Shown: piece by piece, positions 21,653-34,061 of the stretch
Position numbering within the stretch: position 1 is the first letter of the stretch
Layout: every line of letters begins with the position of its first letter
NCBI GenBank assembly: GCA_002104945.1
Contig: MCFH01000022.1
Span: forward strand, 186,001-250,000
Direction: 5' to 3'
Length of the DNA stretch: 64,000 bases
Source: Piromyces finnis finn
Lineage: Eukaryota; Fungi; Neocallimastigomycota
The notes under the pieces: generated by a model
What the model was told of the DNA's origin: nothing
The model's database searches: none
The model's input: the letters and a program-made list of their open reading frames with translations, nothing else
Made by a program: the position numbers and the translations under genes

Positions 21653-23573
21653 GAAGCATAAAATATTTGATTTATAAATTTTTGTAAATTGAAAGATTTA
21701 ATTGAATAAAAGTTTCAAATAAATATAACATATACATATTAAAAATATATATTAAAATCCATTCATTAGTTATAATACAACATAACCATTAATACCGTGA
21801 ACAACACCACATATCCATATAAAAATACTATATATTCAAGATAACTATATATAAATATACATATATAATATAATTTAAGTATAATAAGGTGGAAAAAAAG
21901 GTGCACTAAATATATAATAAAAGTAATCCTTTATTTTCATATCAAAGACTATTTTATAAAACGAAATAGTCTTTTTCATCAATATTTATTGATCTGGTTC
22001 AATTATGAACATTTTTCAATTTAGCCTGATATATAAACAAATAACAAGAAATTTAAAAAGGATTAAAAAAAATAATTTTTTAATATTTATTCTTTTATTA
22101 GTATCCCTATATATGTAAGATTTTCTTAATATAAGGCTATGAAAGATAAATGTTGAAAAAAAAAGTTTTAGTCAATAAAAAAATAATGACTTTGGAATTT
22201 TTTTTTAAAAAAAAAAAAACTTCTTATTTTTGTCTTTATGATCAAATAAAATTTTAATCCTAATTAAGATAAATAATGTTAAAAATAGTTAAAATAAAAA
22301 AGAAATAGTATAAACTAAAATTTGACTATTTTCCTATAATTTTTATTTTATTGATTTTAGAAAGAAAAAATAATTTCTTTTAAGCATTTTAAGATAAAAA
22401 TTAGTACTACTAACAAAAAATAGAAAAGGAAAATACAAAAATAAAAATTAAAAAAAAAAAAGAAAAAAGAAAAAATCCAAAAACAAAAAATAACAAAATA
22501 AAATGAAATAAATAATTAATAATAATAGCAAAAGATAAAACTCAAACACATCAATAACTACTAATCATAATCACCAAAATTATAATCATCAATACTTCAA
22601 CTAAAATAATTAAAAAAATAAAGTTGAATTTAAAAAAAAAAAAAAAAAAAGAAAGAATTGGAAGAAATATATTCTTTTTAAATTTATTTTTAGAGCAATA
22701 TTATTTACGCATTTTTTAATTATATCAAAATTTTAATTATGTTTATGTTTTAATTATTTTATCCATTATAAAAATTGAATTTTTTCTTTTGAATTCTTAT
22801 CTTTTTTTTTTTTTTTATAAATTTAATTTTATTAATTTTTAATTTTTTTTTTCCTTTTACATTGGTAAATATATTTTGTTATAAAAAAAAAAAAAAAGGC
22901 ATTATTGGATTTCTATCAAAAGGTTAAACAAGTGAAAATGGATTTTAGTTTATATTATTTTGATTTTCTTAAAATATTCCAACAATAATTCAATATTCTT
23001 AAATTTTAATGGAAATGAAGAAAAATATTAATTTTTAAAAAAAATTAAAAAAAAATTGATAATATAAAATTAATTTTATATCATCAAATAAAATAAATAA
23101 TACCTTTTTTTTTTTAAGGATTATTTATATATTATTTATTATTTATTATTTATTAGAATAGAATAATAGTTTTAATTTTATTAAAAAAAAAAAAGAAAAG
23201 AAAAAGAAAAAGAAAAAAACCCTCTTTTAAAACACTTTTTTTTCTTAATATTTCCATTAACTTTAATTTTTTAAAAATTTTTTTTTTTTTTTTAATTTTT
23301 AATTATTTATAATATTTATTTGGATACCAACTATTATTTGTTTTTAATTATTTATTTAGTTTATTTTTATTTTATTTATTTTATATTTTTTAATTCATCA
23401 ATGAAAACTAATTATACCACTCTCTCCCATATAATCAGCATCATCTCATCATCATCATCATCAAGTAAAAATTAAACCTCACAAAATCAAAATATATATA
23501 ATAATGGAATGTTCATAGTCATTAATAATATTAAATTTTTATAATGACAATTAAAATACAATATAATGTTTTT

Positions 23574-23621
<48 letters not shown>

Positions 23622-24074
23622 AATTGAAAGACGTTTATAATTAAATATATATATATATATATAAACCTTCCCACTTTTATCCTAAAAAAAAAAAAAAAAT
23701 TATTTTGTATATATTTTTTTTAATTTAAAAAATTAAAAAATATATAAAAACCAAAATAAAAGAGAACAAAAAAAAAAAAAAAAAAAAAAAAAAACTAAAT
23801 TGTGTATATTCTATTTTTACTTGCTTTTATTATTATTATTTTTCATAATATTTTTATATCATTACTCTAAAAAAAAAAAAATTAAACATTATGTTAAAAC
23901 TAAAATTAGACTTGAAAAGTTTAATAATACAAATAATTGGGAAAAAGTTAATGTTATATACTAAAAAAAAAAAAGTCAATCTCATTTAGAAATCTAATCC
24001 ATCCTATAAATTCCAATATTTAAAAAATAGCCTTTTTTTTTTTTTTTTTTTAATTTTTTAAAAAAAAAAAAAAA

Positions 24075-24573
24075 GACATGATACATATAGAATAGGACAC
24101 TTTATAAAAATTGATTACAAAAAACATGAAATAGTTTAAAAAAAAAAAAAACTTTTATAGATGTCAAAGGGAGATTCATTTAAAACTTTCTATTAGGTTG
24201 ATAACAAATTTTATAGAAACTAAAGATTTTTATTAAATATTATTATAAACATCCAAGTGTTTTCCTAATAGTTGTTATTTGACTATTGAAAGCAAGCAAA
24301 CATTTTCGTATGATTATGAAACTTTTTTTTTTTTCAATAAAGATAACTTAAAATATATTATATTTTATACCTTTTTTTTTTTTCAATAAAGATAACTAAA
24401 ATATATTATATTTTATACCTTTTTTTTTTTCAATAAAGATAACTAAAATATATTATATTTTATACCTTTTTTTTTTTTTATTCATTTGAAGTTATTGATG
24501 TATTATAATTTTAATTAAAAATAGCAATAATAAAAAGTTTTTAAACTATTTGCTTGCCGATGAAAAAAAAAAA
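24075..24573 (+). pseudogene. Ancient relic of the LINE family at 45.5 and 56.4 kb, internally deleted, retaining the 3' end and poly(A)
   Basis: TAGGACACTTTATAAAAA, GTCAAAGGGAGATTCA and GACTATTGAAAGCAAG match the LINE ORF; ATGTATTATAATTTTAATTAAA...TTGCCGATG(A)11 matches the LINE 3' end. Confidence 0.75.
24323..24479. repeat. Three tandem copies of a ~47-48-bp unit
   Basis: T(11-12)CAATAAAGATAACT(T)AAAATATATTATATTTTATACC x3. Confidence 0.9.
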
Positions 24574-25019
24574 GTTAGTAGGAGGTGATAGGAAATTACA
24601 CACACTCACACGCATGAATAAATTTTTAATGGATTTAGTTTAAATTTTTTTTTTTTTAGTAAACCATCATTATTAATATCAATATCAATTAAAAATATGA
24701 AAATAATATATTGAATAAATGAAGCCATTGAAAAACTTTTCTATTATCATAAATATTTTAAATAACCACTTTGAAGTTTAATGGTTAAATTTAATGATAT
24801 ATATATATTTCAAATATTTTTCAGCAAAGTTTGGTTATATTTTTGAATCCTATTTTTAATAAAAAAATTTTTAATAAAACAAAAAAAAAATAAACTATAT
24901 TTTATAATTAATAAAAAAATTCTCTCAAAAAATAAACTCTTTTAATTTTATTTTATATATTAATCATTTTTTTTTTACTTATATTTTTATTGTCAATTTA
25001 TTGTCTGTTTTTATAAAGA

Positions 25020-26530
25020 AAAAATTTTTTATCCTTTCTTTTTTATACATTTTTTTTTTTCATTTATTACATGTATTATCTTAACTATTAAATGCTACTA
25101 TTGTTATTATTTATTAAAATTAAAAAAAAGAATAAGATTAAAATTATATTTTAGTATTATAAAATATAACCTATTTAATCTGTCTTTTTATTTCAAAATG
25201 TTTTAAATCTAGATAAGCTATCATCATTAAATGGATAATGCCTTAAATTTTTTAAAATTAAAATAAAATATATTAAAAAATAATTTTTTTTTAATTTTCA
25301 TTTTTATAAAAGTTGCTTTTCAAAGATTTATTATTTTTAAAAGGGTTACCAATTTACATTCTTTCATTTAAAAAAAAAAAAAAAAAAAAAAAGGAGAAAA
25401 GGTTGTTATCATTCAATGCAATAGAAATTGTTATGGATTAATTTTTTTTTTTTTTTAGTCAAATTTTATTCTATTTTCAGGTAAGCGTCGCAAAATGAAT
25501 GATAACGGATTGGTAGTTATATTACAATTTTTTAAACTACTTCTCTATTATCTTATATTCTTTTATTTCTACAGGTATTATACGAGCTTTAACAATATCT
25601 ACTTGTTTTATTAATAAATTTATTTTTTTTTTTTTTTTATAATTTAGATAGTTTTATTATTTAATACTATTTAATAATACCAGATTTATTCTATAAAAAG
25701 AATATTTATTTATTATTAACACAATAATTCTAAATTTGATAAATTTAATTTCGTTTTTATACTTTTCCTTATTTATTGTTTTTACACACTTTTTAACAAT
25801 CATTTTTATTATGAAAAAAAAAAAAAACTTATTTTTATCTCTTAATTATTATTATGTATTCTAAATATTTAACTATATAAATTATATCCTAAAATTAACT
25901 TATTTTCTGTACTAAAAATTATTTAAACCAAACAAATATATAAATTTATAAATTATTTGATTTTATGTCAATTATATAAATTTATAATAAACTATATGAT
26001 TTAATAATTATTTTTATGATAAAACCTTTTTTTTTTTTTTTTTTTTACTAATATCAAATTTATAATATATTTAAAAAGTATTATTTATCATAAATGATGC
26101 GTTGACCGACCGATATATTTTTTGAATAATATAATATTTTTAAGAAATAATAAATTTTAGGATTTAGATGCAACAATAAATTTAAAATAAAATACGTTTT
26201 ATAATTAACAAACAAATCTCTCAAACACACAAAAAAAAATAAACTTTTTAATTATGTTTTATTATATCTTTATTTTTATTATTTATTTATTATTCGTTTT
26301 TTTAAAGGAAAAATTCATCTTGCTTTTATACATTTTTCATTAATTACATGTATTATTATTTTTAACTATTAAATATTATTATTACTATTGTTATTATTTG
26401 GTAAAATTAAAAGAATAAATTAAAATTATACTTTAGTACTATAAAATACTACTTATTTGATCCTCTTTTACTTCAGAATATTCAAATTTACACAAAATTG
26501 TTATAAACTATCATTAAATGGAGGATACCT
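25020..26530. repeat. Diverged ~210-bp direct repeat pair (~25020-25235 and ~26310-26530)
   Basis: Shared blocks TTACATGTATTAT, TTAACTATTAAAT, TACTATTGTTATTATTT, AAAATTATA-TTTAGTA-TATAAAATA, ATCATTAAATGGA in the same order. Confidence 0.65.
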
Positions 26531-27092
26531 TTAATAAAAAAAAAAAAAAAAAACTGAAATTTAAAATTAAAAGTATCAATTATTATAAACATTCATTTTA
26601 TACAGAAACATAAAAGAGTTCTGCATTTTATTTTTAAAATTGATATTATTGCTCAATTTCCAGGTTTTAAGTTTATCACATTTAGTAATCATTACTCAAC
26701 TATTTAATTATTAGTTTGTAAATATAATTTTAAAGGAATTTTTAAAGAATACTTGGATAAACCACTAATTTGATGTACACCATTTAATTTTAAATTTATT
26801 TATTCATTTTTTATTTACTTATTAATTATTATTTTTATTATTTTAATACATTAATACACTATTTAATTAAGTTGTTTTATTTAGTAATTAATTTATAAAG
26901 TCATTTATTCAGAATTTCTTATTATTTAGTAAAGAGAATATGATTTAAAAGGGTTATATTTTTTTTATAGAATTATGATTCATTTATTTTAAAGGGTTAT
27001 TGTTATTTGTGCTCATTAAACGTCACTATGGGTTAAGTCGTGTTTATTCAGCTAGTTTTTATTATAATTTTATATGAGTAGGGTATTCCCTT

Positions 27093-27721
27093 TGGTACAG
27101 AATTTTATTATAAGTACCTTTTTCTTTATTGTTTGGGACACTACAACAGTTATAAATAACAAATTTATATTCTAGATGAATATTTTTTGATTATATATTA
27201 TTTTATTATTTTGTTTATTATTTTATTATTTTTATTACAAGCTTTATTATTTATAAGTATTATTTATTATTATTTTATATTATCATTTGTTTTAAAAATA
27301 GGTATAATCTTAGAAAATAAACTAATATTATTATTAATTCCTTCACTAAATCTAACAATAATATTATTTATTCTTCTATTATTATCACCTTATCTTTATT
27401 TTATTTATAATATAACTAATATAAACTAACTAAAACTAACTAAAAACTAAAAACTCTTCTTTTCTTTTTTTTATATATATACGCGTCTTTCTCTTCCTTA
27501 TATAATTATATTTTTATCATCCTTATATTAAATTATAAAAAGTTTATTTTACTTTAATAAATTATTTATAAGTTATTAATTTAATTTAATTTACCATTCT
27601 TATTATTACTATCGTTATATAAATTTATTAAATAAAAATATTTAAATTCATATATATTATAAGGGTTATTTCATTTACCAAATATATGGATTTATTGCAT
27701 TTTTCTGAATGTGGTGTACCA
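27093..27721 (-). repeat. 3' LTR (629 bp)
   Basis: Direct repeat of 33432-34061. Confidence 0.95.
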
Positions 27722-27786
27722 AGACATCCCGCCTTAGTTTGGACTTCGTCCCTTGAAGTCCAATTTTAAATATTTTTTTTTTTTTA

Positions 27787-30700
27787 TTACAATTCAGAAA
27801 AATATGGAATTATATTCTTTAAGTGAATATTCCGTTCTGCAATTTCCCCTGAAATAGGATCACAAACTGTAACTGTATTAAATTCTTTCTTTATGATTTT
27901 TAAGGGTCCAGTAAAATAAGGGTCCAGTTTCCTTCTATTGAATACTTTAACTAATACTAAATCTCCAGGTTTATATGCGGCTCTCATTCGTTTACTCTGT
28001 CGTCTCCGGTCACTCCATAATTTATTGGCTGTTTCAATATTATCGATGGCTTCTTGTATCCACTTATGATGTCTCACGAACTTCTGTATCCAATATTCCT
28101 CTTCGTTCTCATACTTATTCCTGTCTTTCATCAAAGATAGTTCGAAGGGTTGTAGATCTTTGCGTCCATATAGTAGTTCAAAGCTGCTGAACTTTGTAAT
28201 TTCGTTTTTACAAGTTCTAAGAGCCCATAATGCACTAGGCAGTATTTCATCCCATTCATCTTCTTCATTACCTAATAGTTTCAGATATTTGATTATCTCC
28301 TTATTCCGGTTTTCCACTTCTCCATTAGATGCAGGGTGGTATGTCGATACGTATTGGACGTACACGTCATGTAAATCCAGGAATGCCTTCGTCTTATCAG
28401 ATCTAAATTGAGGCCCATTGTCTGTTACTAGAACCTCTGGAATACCATGGCGAGAAAATACCCTCTTCAAAAAGTCAATGACATCATCGGATTCTATATT
28501 CTCCAAAGCCTCAGCCTCCACCCATTTAGTTAAATAGTCCACTAGGACAATGATGTATTTATTGCCTTTATTTGTTATTGGCAACGGACCTACCAGATCA
28601 AGACCTACTCTTGAAAATGGTAAGCCTGGCTTTGTAGGTATGCTTTCAACAAAAAGGTTAGATTTCTGTGGCTTGAATTGTTGGCATCTTGGACAACACT
28701 TAATATAAATTTTTATATCGTTATTCATGCCCTTCCAATAAAATTCCTTCTTTAGCCTATGATAGGTCTTGTATATACCTTCATGTCCGATAGAATGAGC
28801 GGCTTCAATTAGTCTGAATTTTTCTTCGTCATCATCTATAATTCTTCTTAGTTTCCCATTACTCTTGTAGTATTGTATTCCATCCATAGTTATAAGTTTC
28901 CTATTAATAAAATCATTTATATTTTTATATTGATTATTATTCTCACTTATTTTATTATTAGTAGTAGTATTACTATTGTTCTCCACGATCACGTTGATTG
29001 TTTGTTTGTTATGACTTGGTCTTGGTGCTAACTGACTTTCTTCCTTACTGGTCAATCTTGATAGAGCGTCAGCTATTACATTCTTCTTTCCTTCTTCGTA
29101 CAACACTTTGATTTTTAATATACTAAACGTAGTGACCCATTTAAGATGTCGATTATTGGTTGGTTCGCTATTATTAATCAATCCAACTAGCGGTTTATGG
29201 TCGGTGATTAATTCAGTTTCCAACGTATTTCCTACTATATAATGCTTGAATTTCCTAGAACAATAATATGCAGCTGTCCCTTCTAAATCTGTTACACTAT
29301 AGTTTTCTTCTGATTTATTCAGTGTCCTACTTACAAAGTGTAGTGGTTTCTCCATTCCATCTTCATCTATTTGTAAAATCACTCCACCTATCCCATTACG
29401 TGATGCATCTGTTCTAATCTTGAATGGTTTATCAAAATCCGGTGGCATTAATATCGGAGCTTCTATTAGTCTTAATTTTAAGATTTCAAATGAATTATTC
29501 GCCTCTGGACTCCATTTGAACTCTTCGTCTTTCTTTAATAACTTAAATAATGGTTTAGCATATTGTGCAAATTTATCAATAAATTTTCGGTAGTAACTTA
29601 CAGCCCCTAAAAACGAACGCAATTGAGAAACATTTTTCGGTGGTAGCCAGTTCATGATTACCTGCGTTTTCCCCGGAATTGGTTTAATTCCTTCTTTAGA
29701 TAATACATGGCCTAGCAATTCTACTTCTTCTTGAAAGAAGTGACACTTCTCAATGTTGATTCTTAAACCATTTTCCCTGAGTATTTTAAAAACCTTTGAT
29801 AAATCTCTAATATGTTCTTCCATTGTATTGGAAAAGACTATCAAATCATCAATATAAATAAAGACACACTTCCCAATAAGGTCGAAGAAAATCCTGTTCA
29901 TTTCTCTCTGGAAGGTAGCTGGGGCATTACATAACCCGAAAGGCATTACCTTGAAATTATAGTTTCCATATATAGTGGTAAAACATGTAAGATCTTCATC
30001 CTCAGGATACATCGGAACTTGGTGGTAACCCGAAAACAAATCCATAGTAGTCAAAACAGCTTTCTTACCTACGTAGCACAGTATGTCATCAATTAGTGGT
30101 AGAGCGTAGGAATCCTTTATTGTACATTCATTTAAGCGTCGATAATCCACACACATTCGGTATTTTCCATTTTTCTTAGGCACTAAGACTACAGGCGACG
30201 ACCACGATGAATGGGATGGTTCAATTAATTTATTCTTAATCAGCTTGGTTAACTCCTCTTTCAATGCATCTGCTTGCACTTTTGATAGCCTATATGCTCG
30301 TTGTTTAAAAGGAAACGAGTTTGGCTTCAACCTGATACGATGAGGTAGTAATTTTGTTCTACTCAGATCGTCAGTTTTAACAGCGATAACATGATTAAAT
30401 TTATCAAATAGCTTTCTTACTACATCTCTAATATCTTTCGGAATTTTATTCACAATATTATTAATAATATTTTCTTTTGTTTCTAACGTTCCTTCTTTTC
30501 CTTCATTCTGGGTAGACATCGCTACTGTTATTAACATTGGTGTTTCTTCTATAGTTTCCTCCTCTGAATCCTCCCCTTTAGATTCCTGGAGATTTACATC
30601 ATAATGGAGGTCTGCAATTTTCATGGGAGAATTGTTTTTATCAATGTAATATAAATTATCATCCACAAAATTTAAACTAAACCTATTCCTTTTAAGGGAA

Positions 30701-31869
30701 TCGATTCCAATTAATATATCAAAGATATCATCTTTTTCGATAACCCTAAATATCTCTGTGAAAGTCTTCTCGCCAATTGTGATTTTTAGTTTATATATAT
30801 CCGTATTCGATGAAGTATTGGAATATGCCTGAAATATTGTCTCTGTAATATTTCCTACTGGCTGCTTGTGAATCCTAAATTTGCGGAGTGCTGACTTTGT
30901 TATCATATTAACGCTGGCACATGAATCTAAGAATATTTCAGCCTCCACATCTTCTACCTTCCCGCGGACTTTGACAACTTTATGTTCTCCAAGCAAGGTG
31001 ACAGCATTTGTTACTGCATTTTTGAATTTTGGTGTTAATTTCAACTTCTGGGCAAATGCTGTGCGGAATTTTGGGAACAGGTCTAATAAATTCACAAGTT
31101 TTGTTACCACTTCTGTTGAAGCTACTTCTTTAACTAAATCATCTACCTTGAACTCTTCAAAACCATCCATTAGACGTATGTGTTTTTCAATATTTAAAAT
31201 TTGTTCTTGCGGTGGGTTAGGGTTTATTTTATCTATTTCCTTCCTTTCTTGTTTCTTCATTTCAGCATTTCTTTCTTCCCGATTTTTCTTCTTTACATTC
31301 TCTATTCTTTTATCATTTAGATAGGATACATCCAAGTGTTCTAACTTCTCTACTTTGTTTAATTTTCTATTTTCCTTAGGAGTTGTTGCTTTGCTCTTAT
31401 CATTCTTGCCCAATTCTTCATTTATATCATCCAACTCCTCTTCCATTTCTTCTTTTCCTATGGTTTCTATTAACTTATTTTCATCTTTGGTTGATTTTCC
31501 ATCAGAATCTATTGTTATAATTTCAGAAGTGTCCAAGTTCATCTCCTTATCATTATTATTTATATAATTCCTTCTCTTATCTAATTGCTCATTATACTTC
31601 ATAGCAGCAGTTTTAATAGGCATAGGATTTCGCTGTAGTTTATTCTCATGCATTCTCTTTATTTGGCTGGTTGTTTCCTTGTGCGCATTTTTAGCTTTGC
31701 TATTTGTGTCTTTTGATTTCTTCGTTGCAACCAAGGTTATAGACGAAGGCTCTCGGTAATTATTATTTGAGGTATTAGTATTAATTATGGTTTTATCTAC
31801 CGTTGGTTGTACCACCGATAGATTGGTTTGTTTACTGGGAGTTGTCCTTCTCCCAGAGTTTAGTTTAAA
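27787..31869 (-). CDS. pol: Pol (protease, RT, RNase H, integrase), entered by -1 frameshift from gag
   Basis: FLDSCAS protease; YIDD; RTDASRNGIGGV; HHCC and DDE; YFTGPL; the frame is open back to the slippery site (FKLNSGRRTTPSKQTNLSVVQPT...); the track's start codon is a GTG. Confidence 0.93.
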   Translation of the reverse strand, partial: FKLNSGRRTTPSKQTNLSVVQPTVDKTIINTNTSNNNYREPSSITLVATKKSKDTNSKAKNAHKETTSQIKRMHENKLQRNPMPIKTAAMKYNEQLDKRRNYINNNDKEMNLDTSEIITIDSDGKSTKDENKLIETIGKEEMEEELDDINEELGKNDKSKATTPKENRKLNKVEKLEHLDVSYLNDKRIENVKKKNREERNAEMKKQERKEIDKINPNPPQEQILNIEKHIRLMDGFEEFKVDDLVKEVASTEVVTKLVNLLDLFPKFRTAFAQKLKLTPKFKNAVTNAVTLLGEHKVVKVRGKVEDVEAEIFLDSCASVNMITKSALRKFRIHKQPVGNITETIFQAYSNTSSNTDIYKLKITIGEKTFTEIFRVIEKDDIFDILIGIDSLKRNRFSLNFVDDNLYYIDKNNSPMKIADLHYDVNLQESKGEDSEEETIEETPMLITVAMSTQNEGKEGTLETKENIINNIVNKIPKDIRDVVRKLFDKFNHVIAVKTDDLSRTKLLPHRIRLKPNSFPFKQRAYRLSKVQADALKEELTKLIKNKLIEPSHSSWSSPVVLVPKKNGKYRMCVDYRRLNECTIKDSYALPLIDDILCYVGKKAVLTTMDLFSGYHQVPMYPEDEDLTCFTTIYGNYNFKVMPFGLCNAPATFQREMNRIFFDLIGKCVFIYIDDLIVFSNTMEEHIRDLSKVFKILRENGLRINIEKCHFFQEEVELLGHVLSKEGIKPIPGKTQVIMNWLPPKNVSQLRSFLGAVSYYRKFIDKFAQYAKPLFKLLKKDEEFKWSPEANNSFEILKLRLIEAPILMPPDFDKPFKIRTDASRNGIGGVILQIDEDGMEKPLHFVSRTLNKSEENYSVTDLEGTAAYYCSRKFKHYIVGNTLETELITDHKPLVGLINNSEPTNNRHLKWVTTFSILKIKVLYEEGKKNVIADALSRLTSKEESQLAPRPSHNKQTINVIVENNSNTTTNNKISENNNQYKNINDFINRKLITMDGIQYYKSNGKLRRIIDDDEEKFRLIEAAHSIGHEGIYKTYHRLKKEFYWKGMNNDIKIYIKCCPRCQQFKPQKSNLFVESIPTKPGLPFSRVGLDLVGPLPITNKGNKYIIVLVDYLTKWVEAEALENIESDDVIDFLKRVFSRHGIPEVLVTDNGPQFRSDKTKAFLDLHDVYVQYVSTYHPASNGEVENRNKEIIKYLKLLGNEEDEWDEILPSALWALRTCKNEITKFSSFELLYGRKDLQPFELSLMKDRNKYENEEEYWIQKFVRHHKWIQEAIDNIETANKLWSDRRRQSKRMRAAYKPGDLVLVKVFNRRKLDPYFTGPLKIIKKEFNTVTVCDPISGEIAERNIHLKNIIPYFSEL
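31835..31869 (-). promoter_or_regulatory. Programmed -1 ribosomal frameshift signal
   Basis: U UUA AAC heptamer (31869-31863) at the end of gag, 6-nt spacer, 7-bp CUGGGAG/CUCCCAG stem with an 8-nt loop; the -1 frame equals the pol frame. Confidence 0.88.
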
Positions 31870-32894
31870 AGCCCCTTTTCTTCCATTTCGGCAAGTTGTT
31901 TAAAAGTATATGGACATTCTATACGTTTGTGTCCATTTTGTCCACATCTGAAACATTTTATATCGGAATTTCTTTCATCAATCTCCCTTGGAATAGCATT
32001 GGTTGGTTCTATCAGGGATACCCTTTTTTCCGCATTTCTTGTTGTAGAATAAGATTTATTCATGCCTTGATAAGGGATTAAACCCATTCTACTATTATTA
32101 TCATTCTGTTGATTTACATAACCATTGGTGTTGCTCCAATTAGACTGTCCTCCATAAACTCTGCGGTAGCTAGTCCTAGTTCTATTGAAATATGGATATC
32201 TAAAGTTCTGGTTAATATTCTTCCTGTCGTAATATGAATTATGCGAATCCTCTTTATTATCATTCATAAGTCCAGTATAAATCGGATGATTTAATAGAAC
32301 ATTATCACTTTGGGCAGCTAAAGTAACATTCCTTGTTCCTCTCCTTTGGTTAACTTGTTCCTTGTTTTTCTCTTTAATTTCTCTCTCAGTATTTTCAGCT
32401 CGTTCAGCAATTTTGTAAGCTTCTTGTAGGTTCTCACAATCAGACATTCCTACCTGGGAGCACGGATAGACACGAGCACTAATAGAGTCTCTATATTCCT
32501 TCACTGTTATTAATTTCTGATATTCCCTACTTAGATTATGATACAAGTTTCGATATCTATAATTAAACTTTTTTATAGTTTCTCCTTCCGCAATATTCAT
32601 GTTTCTAAGTAGGGTCCATTTATCTCCCTCAGTAATCTTCATATCTTCTTCGATGGCTATTTGTATTTCTTTAAGTGATGGGTAATGGACTTCATTATTT
32701 CTTCTTATTTTTAACCTTCTTACAACTTCTTTGGTATCAGACTCTACTGCGGCCATAGCCCAATTATACACTTGTCTAGGCTCAATTAAATCATAGAGAT
32801 CCAAAAAGTCGTTCATATCCACTACCCATTCCCATACATTCTTCCCATAGTTATCAAGTTTGGGAACCTCTTTACGTATAGTAGTTAAATCCAT
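31860..32894 (-). CDS. gag: Gag, 344 aa
   Basis: ATG start; capsid-like N-terminal half; C-terminal CFRCGQNGHKRIEC zinc knuckle. Confidence 0.93.
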   Translation of the reverse strand: MDLTTIRKEVPKLDNYGKNVWEWVVDMNDFLDLYDLIEPRQVYNWAMAAVESDTKEVVRRLKIRRNNEVHYPSLKEIQIAIEEDMKITEGDKWTLLRNMNIAEGETIKKFNYRYRNLYHNLSREYQKLITVKEYRDSISARVYPCSQVGMSDCENLQEAYKIAERAENTEREIKEKNKEQVNQRRGTRNVTLAAQSDNVLLNHPIYTGLMNDNKEDSHNSYYDRKNINQNFRYPYFNRTRTSYRRVYGGQSNWSNTNGYVNQQNDNNSRMGLIPYQGMNKSYSTTRNAEKRVSLIEPTNAIPREIDERNSDIKCFRCGQNGHKRIECPYTFKQLAEMEEKGLLN

Positions 32895-33306
32895 TTCTCA
32901 AAGATGAACTAATATTACTCTTATTATTGTTTGTCTGTTTATTATATCGCGTGATTTCTAATTGTATATATTTTTATATTTTATTATTATTAACACGCGT
33001 ATTAATTATAAATTTATGTTATTTTTTATATATAAATATAAACTATTTTATTTTAATAAATTTAATTCTTAGAACTACTTATATTATCGACTTTGGTGTA
33101 GAAGGCCTTTAGCTAAGAAGTTTTTCATTCAACAGCCGCGATCTACCCAAAGCGGTTGGTGGAAATATGTGTATTCTTCAAATTAAATAATTAAAATAAT
33201 ATAATTTAATAGTTATATATAATTTATTATTATTATTATTATATATATTAATTTATTATTATTATTATTATATATATTAATTTATTATTATTATTATTAT
33301 TATTAT

Positions 33307-33356
<50 letters not shown>

Positions 33357-33408
33357 TGTATAATCTCTATCTATTACTCATCTATTTTCATAAATTTGCT
33401 TGTTGTAC

Positions 33409-33425
33409 GCCCGGATTCTCCACCA
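33409..33425 (-). promoter_or_regulatory. Primer-binding site, probably tRNA-Ala
   Basis: TGGTGGAGAATCCGGGC, complementary to a tRNA 3' end GCCCGGAUUCUCCACCA typical of eukaryotic tRNA-Ala; 6 nt from the 5' LTR. Confidence 0.7.
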
Positions 33426-33431
33426 AAAACT

Positions 33432-34061
33432 TGGTACAGAATTTTATTATAAGTACCTTTTTCTTTATTGTTTGGGACACTACAACAGTTATAAATAACA
33501 AATTTATATTCTAGATGAATATTTTTTGATTATATATTATTTTATTATTTTGTTTATTATTTTATTATTTTTATTACAAGCTTTATTATTTATAAGTATT
33601 ATTTATTATTATTTTATATTATCATTTGTTTTAAAAATAGGTATAATCTTAGAAAATAAACTAATATTATTATTAATTCCTTCACTAAATCTAACAATAA
33701 TATTATTTATTCTTCTATTATTATCACCTTATCTTTATTTTATTTATAATATAACTAATATAAACTAACTAAAACTAACTAAAAACTAAAAACTCTTCTT
33801 TTTCCTTTTTTTATATATATACGCGTCTTTCTCTTCCTTATATAATTATATTTTTATCATCCTTATATTAAATTATAAAAAGTTTATTTTACTTTAATAA
33901 ATTATTTATAAGTTATTAATTTAATTTAATTTACCATTCTTATTATTACTATCGTTATATAAATTTATTAAATAAAAATATTTAAATCCATATATATTAT
34001 AAGGGTTATTTCATTTACCAAATATATGGATTTATTGCATTTTTCTGAATGTGGTGTACCA
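33432..34061 (-). repeat. 5' LTR (630 bp)
   Basis: Direct repeat of 27093-27721, adjacent to the PBS. Confidence 0.95.

Larger units (their letters stand above)
27093..34061 (-). mobile_element. Near-intact Ty3/gypsy LTR retrotransposon without chromodomain, inserted upstream of tRNA genes
   Basis: LTRs 27093-27721 and 33432-34061 (TGGTAC...GTACCA, only a few differences by eye); PBS; gag and pol in different frames. No 4-5 bp TSD. Confidence 0.95.

Noticed and set aside
25470-25580. Splice-like signals (TTTCAG-GTAAG, CTACAG-GTA)
   Set aside because: No coherent exon or reading frame could be built.
27187-27429. 80-aa hydrophobic ORF, repeated at 33526-33768
   Set aside because: TTG-start, AT-driven frame inside the LTRs, antisense to the element.
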